Below, piece by piece: positions 29,146-39,287 of a stretch of 64,000 bases of DNA. The DNA comes from Phycisphaerae bacterium (GTDB lineage: Bacteria; Planctomycetota; Phycisphaerae; UBA1845). The position numbers were made by a program, and so were the translations under genes. Within the stretch, counting starts at the first letter, position 1, and every line of letters begins with the position of its first letter. A model generated the notes under the pieces. The model was not told the origin of the DNA. It did not search any database and worked only from the letters and a program-made list of their open reading frames with translations. The stretch is from NCBI GenBank assembly GCA_963666835.2, contig CAXXGO010000006.1, forward strand, positions 64,001-128,000, written 5' to 3'.

Positions 29146-30624
29146 TTACTCGTCCGAGGCGTGTTCCTCGTCGGTCGCGGGGCTCTCAAGCAGCACGACG
29201 CCCCGGAGGTGCGGGTGCATCAAGCGGAAGCCGATATCCGGCGGGTGTCGCTCGCCTTCCGGTGGGACCACCCGCCCGCCGTCGTCGGTGAGGTTCTGGC
29301 CGATAGAGTAGGCCACGAGCCCATCCTCCGTATGCACCAGGCGGATGGGTTGGTTGTCAAACGGATCGCGCGGAATCTCGGAGATGAACTCGGGAGTGAG
29401 TTCGCCAGCGCTGGCCGGGAACCGGCCATTGGCGATCCGGAAACGCTCTGCTGCGAGTGCGACCAAGGCGGCTCTCGACTGCCCGACCGCCATCGCGTGC
29501 AATTCAATACTCCGAATGACACCCGGGAGCGTTGTCTTGGTCATCATGTTCCACGGCCATCTGATATTGGGTTGTGCGGCTTGTTCTCGTTTCGCTGCCG
29601 TCAGGAGTTCAAACGAGTTATCAGAAGCGGCAATCAACCGGCTCAGGACGGGCACACCACGAACCCGGTTCTCGAGCAGAAACCAATCGCCTAAGGAGAA
29701 GACCGTTCGGCGAATGGACTCACGACCGGACGGCTGCTGCCGGGGCTTGGTCCCGGTCGCGCCGGGGGAGGCCGCGAACTCGTTCAGCACGCATTTCGCG
29801 TCGGTCAGGCGCACGAACAACACGCGCTCGCCGAGTAGGGCCCACTTCATCGTCTGGGCAGCAATATGTCGCTCCCAGGCATGCTGCAGAACAGCCAGGT
29901 CTTTCGCGGTCAGCTCATGACATCGTAGCAACGTCTCGGTAGTGTTCTTGGCCAAGGCGCCAGTAGCGATTCCGACTAGATGCTGGATAAGGTTCGGCTC
30001 ATTCGCGAGCGACTCGGACAGCCGAAGTTGCAGCGGGACCATGGCGCTCGCGCCGGCCGTATCGCCGTCGATTGTCTTTAGGATGATGTCAACGCTGATG
30101 AGTTTGCCGAGTTGCCGCAAGCCAGAAACCTCGGGCAACATCATCGATACAACGTCGGCCGGGTTGCCCTCGTATGACAGATCGAAGCGGGCCGTCGGGT
30201 ACGAAGCCAGCTTGCCGAGTTCGTCCAGGGCTGCCCGCCGAGCCTCGACGTAAGCTCGGGTCGGCGGAACGCAATCGCCGGGGATCCCGTCGAAGAAGTC
30301 GTCCTCACACTCGCAATCGAGAATAACCACGCCGGAGTCATCCGGTTCCTCAATCTCATCCAGCATCTCCAAGATGGTGTGGATCACCCCGATTCCGTTG
30401 TCGCCCTCGGCTATGGGAGGTCTCAGGGCATCGATTTCGGCGAACGTGATCGGCTGGCCATCGTCACGAAGTTCCTGCGCCAACCGGTCCCAGCGCGAAT
30501 TTGCCGATTTCGCGGCGTAGCACAGGACGCCTGTTGCGGCTACCACGAGCACCAATATCACAAGAATGCCTCGCAGAACCCACTTGCGGAATCGGCGCGG
30601 TTTCTTCGCGGTCGACATAGCCAC
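29146..30624 (-). CDS. Hypothetical membrane-anchored helical protein
   Basis: N-terminal TM; C-terminal ALAAERFR...PRDPFDNQPIR...YSIGQNLTDDGG pseudopilin-like tail. Confidence 0.75.
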   Translation of the reverse strand: MAMSTAKKPRRFRKWVLRGILVILVLVVAATGVLCYAAKSANSRWDRLAQELRDDGQPITFAEIDALRPPIAEGDNGIGVIHTILEMLDEIEEPDDSGVVILDCECEDDFFDGIPGDCVPPTRAYVEARRAALDELGKLASYPTARFDLSYEGNPADVVSMMLPEVSGLRQLGKLISVDIILKTIDGDTAGASAMVPLQLRLSESLANEPNLIQHLVGIATGALAKNTTETLLRCHELTAKDLAVLQHAWERHIAAQTMKWALLGERVLFVRLTDAKCVLNEFAASPGATGTKPRQQPSGRESIRRTVFSLGDWFLLENRVRGVPVLSRLIAASDNSFELLTAAKREQAAQPNIRWPWNMMTKTTLPGVIRSIELHAMAVGQSRAALVALAAERFRIANGRFPASAGELTPEFISEIPRDPFDNQPIRLVHTEDGLVAYSIGQNLTDDGGRVVPPEGERHPPDIGFRLMHPHLRGVVLLESPATDEEHASDE

Positions 30625-30734
30625 GTTTCCTTAACTGCTTCGCCGGGAATCCAAGGTATACCGTCTTGAGCGTACTCGATTCCGGCAAACGGGCCATTAT
30701 AACTCCGCAGCCGAATCAGAATCGGTGCTCGGGC

Positions 30735-30825
30735 CGGGTGCTATGGTCCACGTTTGCGTGGCCATGAAGGTCTGCAGTCCCGTAGGGCACGGTCGAGGTA
30801 CGAGACCTGCCGCAATGGTGCCGGG
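30735..30825. repeat. REP cluster forming the 3' exon side of the intron
   Basis: GGGTGCTATGGTCCACGTTTGCGTGGCCATG hairpin and a GTAG-family REP at 30782. Confidence 0.8.
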
Positions 30826-31735
30826 GTCGGGATAGAACTCGGGCGCGCGCGCTTTTAGGTGGAGGGTTTCCAGATCCGCCCTTTCGGTTGCGGAGTGGGT
30901 TCACAGTTCCACCATGAGCCACGTTTCCCGAGGCCCCCCTACGATCCCGGACGGTCGGATTTCCCGAGTCCGGTTCTGACCTTGGCTTGTCCCGCCACTG
31001 CCTGCCCACAACCAAGGAAACTCAAACGCTGGCTCGTATACGCCCCTCTTGGCTGTGGTTTGCATGCGACGCTCGTCCACTCTTTAAGGGTACGCTCGAT
31101 CCCAGCTCAATGTCCGGGAGCGCCCCAGGACCGCCAAGTATCCAGGGTCCCTTTGCACGCTTCGGGCGTTACCCGTCACGTCGCAGCCTCGCGGGCTACG
31201 TCAGCGGGCATTACCCCGCCTTCATCGCTCATACGGGCCCATGCGCCGGACCAAATCCCCCTCGCCGCCTACGGTCGTTGCCTTGGTCGGCGAGTCTTCG
31301 CAGGTTGTCGCCAGTCCCTGCTGGGAGATGGCCCTTCCCGACGTTATCTCTGCAGATCTTTCCTTGGATGCCTGGGTCCCTACCGCGGCGGGTCGTCGAG
31401 GTGCACATTCCCGTTTCTTCCCTCGATGACGTCGGCCTTCCCCGCATGGCAATCGGGTCGGCTTTCCCGCAATAATCCGCTCCAGCGATTTCCCGAGCGG
31501 GCGTACTTTCGCAGCTGCAGCCATTCACTAATGTTCAGGCCTCCAAGTTTGCTTGCCACCCCGATCGCTCCCACCGCTGCAGTTCTGAGCCTGCAGGGCA
31601 GCCGTGGCGTTTTCGTTCGAGCAGAACACGTGCTGTTACCAGACACGTGCATCGAATAAGCTAGCCGTCCGAACCGGGAAACTGACGGCGAGGGGACTCT
31701 CACCCCATAAGATCCGCAGCCTTGTCGGCTGCTCC
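30826..31735 (-). mobile_element. ORF-less group II intron (910 nt)
   Basis: 34-nt domain V GAACCGGACUCGGGAAAUCCGACCGUCCGGGAUC (30976-30943); long domain VI with bulged A (30833) 8 nt from the 3' AC end; EBS1 loop CCCG-AUUGCCAUG-CGGG in a GCCGA...GAAGGC context, complementary to the 5' exon CAUGGCA; boundaries fixed by the empty site at 16683/16684; no RT ORF. Confidence 0.9.
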
Positions 31736-32190
31736 TGCCATGGCCCACGCTTGCGTGGCCATGAAGGTCTTTCGGGATCGGCCGAGCGGGCGGGTATCAA
31801 CGTCGTCGCGCGGTCATGCCGTGGACCGTCCCGAAGGGACGAAGGCGAGTAGCCGCGGGTGGAGCGAAGCGGAACCCGTGGGTGAGATTCGCCCCCACAT
31901 GCTTCAGTCCCAAAGGGTCGGCGGGGGAGGGGGCGATGTGACCCAGGGTGGCACTGACGCGGCTACGCCGCTACGTTTACCCTGGGCTTTGTTGTGAAAC
32001 GCCTTTGGCGTAAGTTCGGAAGATGCACGTCGCGCAGAGATCACGGCAGGTCTCGTTCCTCGACCATGCCCTACGTTCGCTGGGCTGGGCGAAGGCCGAA
32101 GGCAGGTTTCGTTCCTCGACCGTGCCTTACGTTCGCTGGGCTAGGCGAAGGCCGAAGGCAGGTCTCGTTCCTCGACCGTGCCCTACGTTC
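31736..32190. repeat. REP cluster forming the 5' exon side of the intron, including a 56-bp x3 tandem
   Basis: Target hairpin at 31736-31770; palindromic elements at 31828-31881 and 31941-32011; inverted GTAG REPs at 32045, 32101, 32157. Confidence 0.85.
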
Positions 32191-32316
32191 GTGGGCGTTG
32201 CCGGTGACACGTCGCCGGCGTTATTCGGCATAGTGCAGGCATGCCGACGTTACGCGAGGGCCGCATGCAGGCAGATGCCTGCGTTACGTGCGGGATGCCT
32301 GCGCTGCGAAACGACC

Positions 32317-35300
32317 TTACTTCAACCGTTTGAGCAGGTCCTTTACGGCCGCGCGGAGTTGCTCGTCGTCGTCGCGCGACTCGGCTTCGGGGGTCTGGTC
32401 GACGATTATATCCGGCACGGCCCCGTGATTGTCCATATCGGTGCCGTCGAGCAGATGCCAGCCACGCATGGGCAAACGTACCCAGGTACCATCGATGAGC
32501 AGGGTCGCCCCTGTGCTGATAACCGATCCGTGCGTAGTCTGTCCGACCAGAGTCCCCCGATTAAGGGTCTTGAATGCGTGCGAGATAATCTCCGCGTTAG
32601 AGTAGCTCTGTTCGTTGCACAGCATGTTGATCGGTAGCGTATAGCGTTGGATGTACAGTCGACCCTGCGGATAGGACCCGGTTTGCGAGGGGTCGCCGCC
32701 GCGGGGGACGGTATACGCGTGGTTCGGGGCCATGATAGACGCCAGCAGCCGGTCGGTGGTCCAGCCGCCGCCGTTGCTGCGCACGTCGATTATCAGGCCC
32801 TCCTTGTCGCCGGCGGCGGCGTAGAGATCGCGTTCGAACACGTCGAGGGACTCCTGGCCCATAGCTTGAATGTGAATATACCCGATCCGTCCGTCCGACC
32901 ATTCTTCGGCCAGCTCCGCCTTGCGTCGCCGCCAGGCGTTGTACTTAAGCTGCGTTTCCTGCCGATCGGAGATCGGAGTGAGCAGCACGTTAAGGTCATG
33001 CGGCTCTCCGTCGTCGAGGACACGGCGGATGCTCACCAGGGTCTCCTGCCCGACGCGCCCGCGCAATAGCGACTCTATCGTGTCAGTTTCCCCGAGCGGG
33101 GTCAGCTCGATACCGGTGATGACATCGCCCGGCAAAAGGGCCATGTCGCCCTTGGCCGCGGGCGACTCCGGCGTCACCTCGACGACCTCGTAGCCGTCAC
33201 CCACCCACCGATGCCGCGTGCCCAAGGTGCCGGTCGGCTGGGCGTTCGGTAACTTGGGGCTGTGGGTATACACGGCCATGTGCGAAGCACTCAGCTCACC
33301 AATGAAGCGGTTGGCGACGTAGTTGAACTCACTGGCGGTCCGCGCCCGGCGGGCGAGTTGGTGGTACTCTTCAGTCAGCTTCGCCCAGTCGAGCCCTTTC
33401 ATCGAGGCGTCGTAGAAGGCCTCGCCCAAAGCCCGGGCCGCCTCGCGGAACTTCTGACTGGATTGGGCCTGAAGGTCGATGAGGATCTCGTCGGAGATGT
33501 CAACGTATTCCGCCGCGCCCCCGCCGGGGCCGACCGTCCCTGCCCGGCCGTGGTTGACGAATACGACCTTGTCGCCGGTCAGGCTGACGTGCTGAACGTT
33601 GGCCGCCTCGCCGAGCCTCGTGCGATCTTTGCCGTCCCATTTCACCGAGTACAAGCCTCGCTCGCCGATCGTGGCCGTGAAGATGTAGCGATCTCCGCCG
33701 GGCGACAGGGCGCTATCATGCTCGAAGCCGCTCAGAGTCGTCACGCGCTTCAGGCGCAAGTACGCGTCATCAAGTCCCAGCTCCACCGGCTCATCTTCGT
33801 CTTCGTCTTCCTCTTCCTCGTTGTCGCTCTTATCGTCCTTCTTCTCGGCGTCGGGCTTCTTGTCGTCGGCCTGATTCGCGGTCTTGTCGTCCGCGTCATC
33901 CTCGGCGCTGCTGGAATTCTCTTCCGGGTCCGCGTCATTTTCGGTTTCGGCGTGCTCTTCCTTCTCGGGCTTCTTGACCTCGAGCGGTTTGCGTTTCTTA
34001 GCGGCGTCGGCGGCGTCCTCGTAGTACTTCTCCAACTCCAACGGTGTCAGGGCTTCAAGGTTTGCGTCCAGGTACACCATCCAGACGTCGGATTCGTCGT
34101 TCACTCTTTCGGATAGGAAGCTGAGGATCTTGCCGTCGGCCGACCAGCTCGGTGACGAATCGTCGTCGGGATGGCGGGTGATGTTCACGGCCGGGCTCGA
34201 GCCGTCCGCCGGTATGATCCAGATATCCGTATTGTAATTGAGGTCGGACTGGACGTAGGCGATATGGCGGCTGTCCGGGCTCCATTCCCAGTGCAGTCCG
34301 GCATCCCAGCCGGGGACCAAAACGCGCGTCTCGCCGCTCTCGAAGTCGTAGATCGCCAGATCACCGAGCCCGCGCCGGAAGCTAAGAGACTTGCCGTCGG
34401 GCGCGATACTCGGTTCGCGATCGTTGGTCTCCTCCGCGATTACGGCTTCGATGTTGAACTCCAGAGCATCGTGCCAGCGCTGGGGCTTAAGCTCTTTGGG
34501 GAGTTCCTCTTCCTTTTCCTTTTCCGCGGCATCGTCATCATCCGTCGTGGCTTCCTCGTCGTCTTCCTCCTGGGCGCCATTCGGCTCGGTTTGCTCTTCG
34601 GCGTCGCCTTCGGGTGATTCCGCGGCGGCATCATCGGCGGTTTGATCCGACTCGTTCGGAGGAGTTGCCTCTTGATGTTCTTCCTTCTCGGGCTCCGGTT
34701 CATCCTCTTTCGGAGGATTGATCGCTTTCTCGAAGTCTTCTTTGATCTCACCGCGCGTGCGGGCGACGGTAGCGGCGTAGATGGACTCGGTACCGTCGCG
34801 GTCGCTGACGAAATACAGCTTCAGCCCGTCGGGTGACCAGGTAATCTCCTTCTCGCGGGCGGGGTTGCGGGTGACCCGTCGCGTCGGGCTGCCCTTGTCG
34901 ATACTACGCACATAGACTTCGCCGTAGGCCACGAACGCCATCACTTTGCCGTCCGGGCTCAACTCCGCTTCGCTTACCTCTCGGTCGATCTTCTTGAGTT
35001 CCTGCCGGTCAAACTCATCCTCGGTAGCCCGGATCGACAGAGCCACCGGCGTGGCATCCGGTGAAGTCAGATCCAGCGTATAGAGCGTATCCCACGCCAC
35101 AAAGGAGATCATCGCGCCGTTGGCGGACACGGCGAAGTCCTGTACGTCCTTCTCGGTGAACTTAGTCAGTTGCCGGGCGCGTTTGCCGCCCTTATCCGCG
35201 TCCATCCGGTAGAGATTCAAGCAGTTAGACTCGCGGTCGGAGAGAAACACGAGGGTCTGCGAATCGGCCCAGCGGGCTTTGCCGTCGTTTCCGGCCCAAT

Positions 35301-35994
35301 GGGTCAGCCTTGTGAATGCATCGGTCCTTCGATCGAACAGCCACACGTCGCGCGAGTTGGCCCCGCGGTAATGGCGCCTCGTCCAGATGACATCTCCGCG
35401 AGTAAACGCCACGCGGGTGCCGTCCGGACTGATCACCGGGGAGCTGCCGAAGGCATCGTGGACTCGCCGAATCTCCCCACCGGACGGGCGGACCATGTAC
35501 GGACGTGGGGCCGTGTAGACGTCGCCCTCCAACGCGGCCGCGAAGGTAATCACCTCGTCCCCCTCTTCGTCGACGCCGAAGCCGGTCATGATGCACTGGC
35601 CGTCAATGTCGGTCACCTGCCGAAGAGCCGTACCATCCTTGTTCATCAAGTGGATGTTGGGATAGCCGGTCCGGGTAGAGACGAAAGCGATGCGCTGTCC
35701 GTCCGGGCTCCAGGCGGAAGTCAAGTCGTCGCCGGGGTGGCTGGTCAGGCGGTGAGCGGTGCCCCCTACCGAGGGCACAATCCACAGATCGCCGCGCCAG
35801 GAGAAGACGATCTGCGTTCCGTCCGGGCTGATTGACGGATACCGCGGCAAATCGACATTTCCGGCGCCGGCTGCAGGCAGAACCGGCCGGGTGGGCGGCT
35901 GCACTTCGATGCCATCCGCTCCCGACGACCGGGCGCAGCCCGGGGTGCTCAACACAAAGACGATCATTGACAAGTGGATGAACGTTCGAATCAT
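32317..35994 (-). CDS. Tricorn-like S41 protease (PD40 propellers, PDZ, S41 catalytic domain)
   Basis: Lipoprotein-like signal, many WSPDG repeats, ELSASHM, IGYIHIQAM, IDVRSNGGG, NEQSYSNAE, GAVPDI. Confidence 0.92.
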   Translation of the reverse strand: MIRTFIHLSMIVFVLSTPGCARSSGADGIEVQPPTRPVLPAAGAGNVDLPRYPSISPDGTQIVFSWRGDLWIVPSVGGTAHRLTSHPGDDLTSAWSPDGQRIAFVSTRTGYPNIHLMNKDGTALRQVTDIDGQCIMTGFGVDEEGDEVITFAAALEGDVYTAPRPYMVRPSGGEIRRVHDAFGSSPVISPDGTRVAFTRGDVIWTRRHYRGANSRDVWLFDRRTDAFTRLTHWAGNDGKARWADSQTLVFLSDRESNCLNLYRMDADKGGKRARQLTKFTEKDVQDFAVSANGAMISFVAWDTLYTLDLTSPDATPVALSIRATEDEFDRQELKKIDREVSEAELSPDGKVMAFVAYGEVYVRSIDKGSPTRRVTRNPAREKEITWSPDGLKLYFVSDRDGTESIYAATVARTRGEIKEDFEKAINPPKEDEPEPEKEEHQEATPPNESDQTADDAAAESPEGDAEEQTEPNGAQEEDDEEATTDDDDAAEKEKEEELPKELKPQRWHDALEFNIEAVIAEETNDREPSIAPDGKSLSFRRGLGDLAIYDFESGETRVLVPGWDAGLHWEWSPDSRHIAYVQSDLNYNTDIWIIPADGSSPAVNITRHPDDDSSPSWSADGKILSFLSERVNDESDVWMVYLDANLEALTPLELEKYYEDAADAAKKRKPLEVKKPEKEEHAETENDADPEENSSSAEDDADDKTANQADDKKPDAEKKDDKSDNEEEEDEDEDEPVELGLDDAYLRLKRVTTLSGFEHDSALSPGGDRYIFTATIGERGLYSVKWDGKDRTRLGEAANVQHVSLTGDKVVFVNHGRAGTVGPGGGAAEYVDISDEILIDLQAQSSQKFREAARALGEAFYDASMKGLDWAKLTEEYHQLARRARTASEFNYVANRFIGELSASHMAVYTHSPKLPNAQPTGTLGTRHRWVGDGYEVVEVTPESPAAKGDMALLPGDVITGIELTPLGETDTIESLLRGRVGQETLVSIRRVLDDGEPHDLNVLLTPISDRQETQLKYNAWRRRKAELAEEWSDGRIGYIHIQAMGQESLDVFERDLYAAAGDKEGLIIDVRSNGGGWTTDRLLASIMAPNHAYTVPRGGDPSQTGSYPQGRLYIQRYTLPINMLCNEQSYSNAEIISHAFKTLNRGTLVGQTTHGSVISTGATLLIDGTWVRLPMRGWHLLDGTDMDNHGAVPDIIVDQTPEAESRDDDEQLRAAVKDLLKRLK

Positions 35995-36393
35995 ACCGGC
36001 TCCTCGCTATCCTTCGGTCCGCACAGACTCCAAAGCCCTTTCGTCTCCGATATCGCCGGCGACGGTGTTCGCGGAGTTCGTCTATTCCGGGGTTCGGGAC
36101 GCCTTGCCGGCTGCTTCCCGGCGACGGCATTGCCAATCGGGGATCCCAGGGCTGGTACCGCCGAATCGCCCCTCAATCACGCATCATAAGCGCAACCCTA
36201 ACGTGATAGGGGCCGGCCAACAAGAATCAACGAAATCGGAGAAGTTCATGCGTGCGGATAGCCGGGTTGCAGGGGCGGTGCAACACGCCGAGCGACTCCG
36301 GTTCTGCTGCTTCTTCCGTTGCGAGCCGGCCGCGGTTTCGTACGTTCGACGGAAGACTATTGCCGAGGGAATCTGCCGATACAATAGCCACTA

Positions 36394-37155
36394 ATGGACA
36401 TGGTCGTTGCGGATAGTCTGGAGAAGGTCTTCCCTACGCCCTATGGGGAAAAGCGGGCAGTGGACGGGCTGAGCTTCTCGGTGAGCGAGGGTCATATCTA
36501 CGGGCTGCTCGGGCCCAACGGGGCCGGCAAGACCACGACTCTGCGCATGCTAAGCGGGCTGATGGCACCAACCAACGGTTCGGCTATCCTCGCGGGCTAC
36601 AACGTGGAGACCAATCCGTACGATGTCAAGCGAGTGCTGGGTTTCCTCACGGCCAACACCGGGCTCTATCAGCGTCTGACCGGCCGAGAGCTACTCAAGT
36701 ACTTCGCCCAACTTCACCAGATGGACGGCGCCGAGGCTGGGGAGCGGGCCGAGCGCCTTATCGACTGGCTCAATATGCAGGAGTTCGCTGATCTGCGTTG
36801 CGGGGCGTTGTCGACAGGCCAGAAACAGCGGGTCAACATCGCTCGGGCTCTTGTTGCTGATCCTCCGATTCTGATTATGGATGAGCCCACTCTCGGTTTG
36901 GACGTACTGAGTAATCGGGTGATTCTCGATTTCATTAAACGCGAGCGGGATGCCGGCAAGACGATCATCCTCTCTACTCATTACCTGGACGAAGCGGAGA
37001 CGATGTGCGATGAGATCGGCCTGTTGCACGAAGGTCGCCTCATCGCGGAGGGGAATCTGGACACTCTGCGCGCGCTTTCCGGTGAGCAACGTCTTAGCAA
37101 CATATTCCTCAAGCTCACCGGTGCGGATGCCCCGGTCGGAGTCTCCGGCTCATGA
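36394..37155 (+). CDS. ABC transporter ATP-binding protein (NatA-like)
   Basis: GPNGAGKTT, LSTGQKQR, ILIMDEPT, STH. Confidence 0.92.
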   Translation: MDMVVADSLEKVFPTPYGEKRAVDGLSFSVSEGHIYGLLGPNGAGKTTTLRMLSGLMAPTNGSAILAGYNVETNPYDVKRVLGFLTANTGLYQRLTGRELLKYFAQLHQMDGAEAGERAERLIDWLNMQEFADLRCGALSTGQKQRVNIARALVADPPILIMDEPTLGLDVLSNRVILDFIKRERDAGKTIILSTHYLDEAETMCDEIGLLHEGRLIAEGNLDTLRALSGEQRLSNIFLKLTGADAPVGVSGS

Positions 37156-39287
37156 GTTTCACCGATCGCATTCGTACGATCTACCGCAAGGAACTAACGG
37201 ATATCCTCCGCGACCGCCGCACGTTGGTCGCCATGATTGTTGTGCCGATTGTGCTGTATCCGCTGCTGATGCTCGGCTCGATCCAGGCCGTGAGCTACCA
37301 GGCCGAGGCCCTCGAGGATGAGAGGATCGCCATCGGCGTCGTAGGCAAGAACGAAGCGCTGTTCCTGCAGAAGATCATAAAGGAAGATGCGGAGATTCTG
37401 GCGGCGGCCGATCCCCCGACCGATTCCGATGCCGACCAGGAAGAAGAATCGATCAAGCCGATCGATGACGCCGATATCAGGATCCTCGAGTCGGTCGAGC
37501 AGATGGACCGGCTGATTCATGGCCGTTTGATTCATCTGGGGGTTATCCTCGACGCCGATCACATGCTCGAGGACATCGATCGGCAGATTTCGGTTGATTA
37601 CCACGTGGATCGGGAAGACGTTCGCAGTGCCACCGCGATGTTCCGGGTGGATGCGGTAATTCAGCGCACGAATGATCGCCTCTGTGCCCACCGGCTGGCC
37701 GTGCGGAACCTCCCGGTCGAGATGATCGAGCCGTTCGTCGCCACCGTGACGGACCTGGCCGTGCCTTCTTCCATCCTCGGGCAGATTCTGCCGCTGATTC
37801 TCATTCTGATGACGATTACCGGGGCGATCTACCCGGCGATTGATGTGACGGCCGGGGAACGGGAGCGCGGGACACTCGAGTCTCTGATGGTCTGCCCGGT
37901 CTCGGTGATCGATTTGATTGTGGGCAAGTTCCTGGTGGTCACAACGGTCGCCATCATGGGCGCGGCGCTGAACCTGACGGCCGTCAGTGCCACGGTGTTC
38001 TTCGGAGGGTTCGACGTTCTTCTGACCAGCGGCGGAGGTGGGCTTCCGTTGGGGAAGATGTCCGTCATTCTGATGTGCCTGATACCCTTTGCCGTGCTGA
38101 TGTCGGCGATCATGATCGCGGTGTGCAGCTATGCCCGGACGTTCAAGGAAGCCCAGAACTACGTAACCCCCGTGATCCTGGCGGTGTTGATCCCCGGGGG
38201 GATAGCGGCCTTGCCGGCAACGCGTTTGGATGGCGTGATGCTGGTGATGCCGGTGGGCAATATGGTGCTGTTGGCGCGGGATCTGTTGCTCGGGGCCGTG
38301 GTCCCTCATTGGCAGACCGCGACGGTTTTGCTCTCGACGACGCTATATGCGGGAGCGGCGGTGGCCGTGGCGGCCGGGGTGTTCGGCAAGGAATCGGTGG
38401 TCTTTGCCGATTCCGGGTCGTTGCGGACCCTGTTTTCGCGCAAGTTGATCAAGCCGTCCGCCCGCCCGCCGATATCGATGGGGCTGCTCGTCGTATCGCT
38501 GCTCTTTCCGGTGTGGTTCTTCATTCAATCGGCTTTGTCGCCGAGTCCGGACGAAGATGCGCGCGGGTTATTATACGCCTCCGGGGTGCTGATGCCGCTT
38601 CTGTTTGTGGTACTGCCGGTGTCGGTGTTGCTGTACTGGCGGGTTGATGTTCGTAACACGTTCTCCCTGCGCCTGCCGTCTTTGGGGCATCTGGCGGCCG
38701 GCTTGCTGATCGGGGCGTTTGCGTGGGTCCTGTCCCACGGAATAAACGTGGTCCAAACGGCGCTGGTGCAGCCTCCGGAGAGTCTCACGGAGAGCCTGGC
38801 GCGAATGCAGGATACTCTGTCCGCCATGCCGGCGCTGACGATTGTGCTTGTGTTGGGGCTGGTTCCGGCATTAGCGGAAGAGGCTCTGTTCCGGGGTTTC
38901 CTGCTGGGCAGCCTGCGCTCGGTGGCGGGTAAATGGACGACGGTGCTGGTGACCGCGGGCATTTTCGCGGTGTTCCACTTCGTCGTCTTCAAGTTCCCGG
39001 TGACGGCGGTGTTGGGGGTGATTCTGGCTTATCTCTGCTGGCAGTCCCGTTCGATTCTCCCGGGCGTTATCGCCCATCTTCTGCACAACACTCTGGTGAC
39101 GCTCATGACGGTCCGTCCGGAGTGGGCCGAGAGGTTGGGCCTCACCACGGGCGGGGAGAGCAGCGGCCCGCACTTCCCGCCTCACGTTCTGGCGATCGGA
39201 GCCGGCGGGTTGATTGTCGGATTGGTGCTGGCAGCACGGCCGGCGAAGCTGCCGCCGGACAAGGAGGGCCATCTCAAGGTCACTTAG
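37152..39287 (+). CDS. NatB-like ABC permease fused to CPBP (Abi/CAAX) intramembrane protease
   Basis: KELTDILRDRRT, AGERERGTLESL, ARTFKEAQ; C-terminal AEEALFRG, FAVFH, AHLLHN; ATGA overlap with the ATPase gene. Confidence 0.88.
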   Translation: MSFTDRIRTIYRKELTDILRDRRTLVAMIVVPIVLYPLLMLGSIQAVSYQAEALEDERIAIGVVGKNEALFLQKIIKEDAEILAAADPPTDSDADQEEESIKPIDDADIRILESVEQMDRLIHGRLIHLGVILDADHMLEDIDRQISVDYHVDREDVRSATAMFRVDAVIQRTNDRLCAHRLAVRNLPVEMIEPFVATVTDLAVPSSILGQILPLILILMTITGAIYPAIDVTAGERERGTLESLMVCPVSVIDLIVGKFLVVTTVAIMGAALNLTAVSATVFFGGFDVLLTSGGGGLPLGKMSVILMCLIPFAVLMSAIMIAVCSYARTFKEAQNYVTPVILAVLIPGGIAALPATRLDGVMLVMPVGNMVLLARDLLLGAVVPHWQTATVLLSTTLYAGAAVAVAAGVFGKESVVFADSGSLRTLFSRKLIKPSARPPISMGLLVVSLLFPVWFFIQSALSPSPDEDARGLLYASGVLMPLLFVVLPVSVLLYWRVDVRNTFSLRLPSLGHLAAGLLIGAFAWVLSHGINVVQTALVQPPESLTESLARMQDTLSAMPALTIVLVLGLVPALAEEALFRGFLLGSLRSVAGKWTTVLVTAGIFAVFHFVVFKFPVTAVLGVILAYLCWQSRSILPGVIAHLLHNTLVTLMTVRPEWAERLGLTTGGESSGPHFPPHVLAIGAGGLIVGLVLAARPAKLPPDKEGHLKVT

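Noticed and set aside
30716..31852. ORFs overlapping the intron (e.g. 30859-31659, 30716-31015)
   Set aside because: No RT (YADD), maturase or endonuclease motifs; the sequence is explained as ribozyme structure.
32045..32190. Mini CRISPR array (56-bp period)
   Set aside because: The spacers are near-identical; it is a tandem of the GTAG REP.
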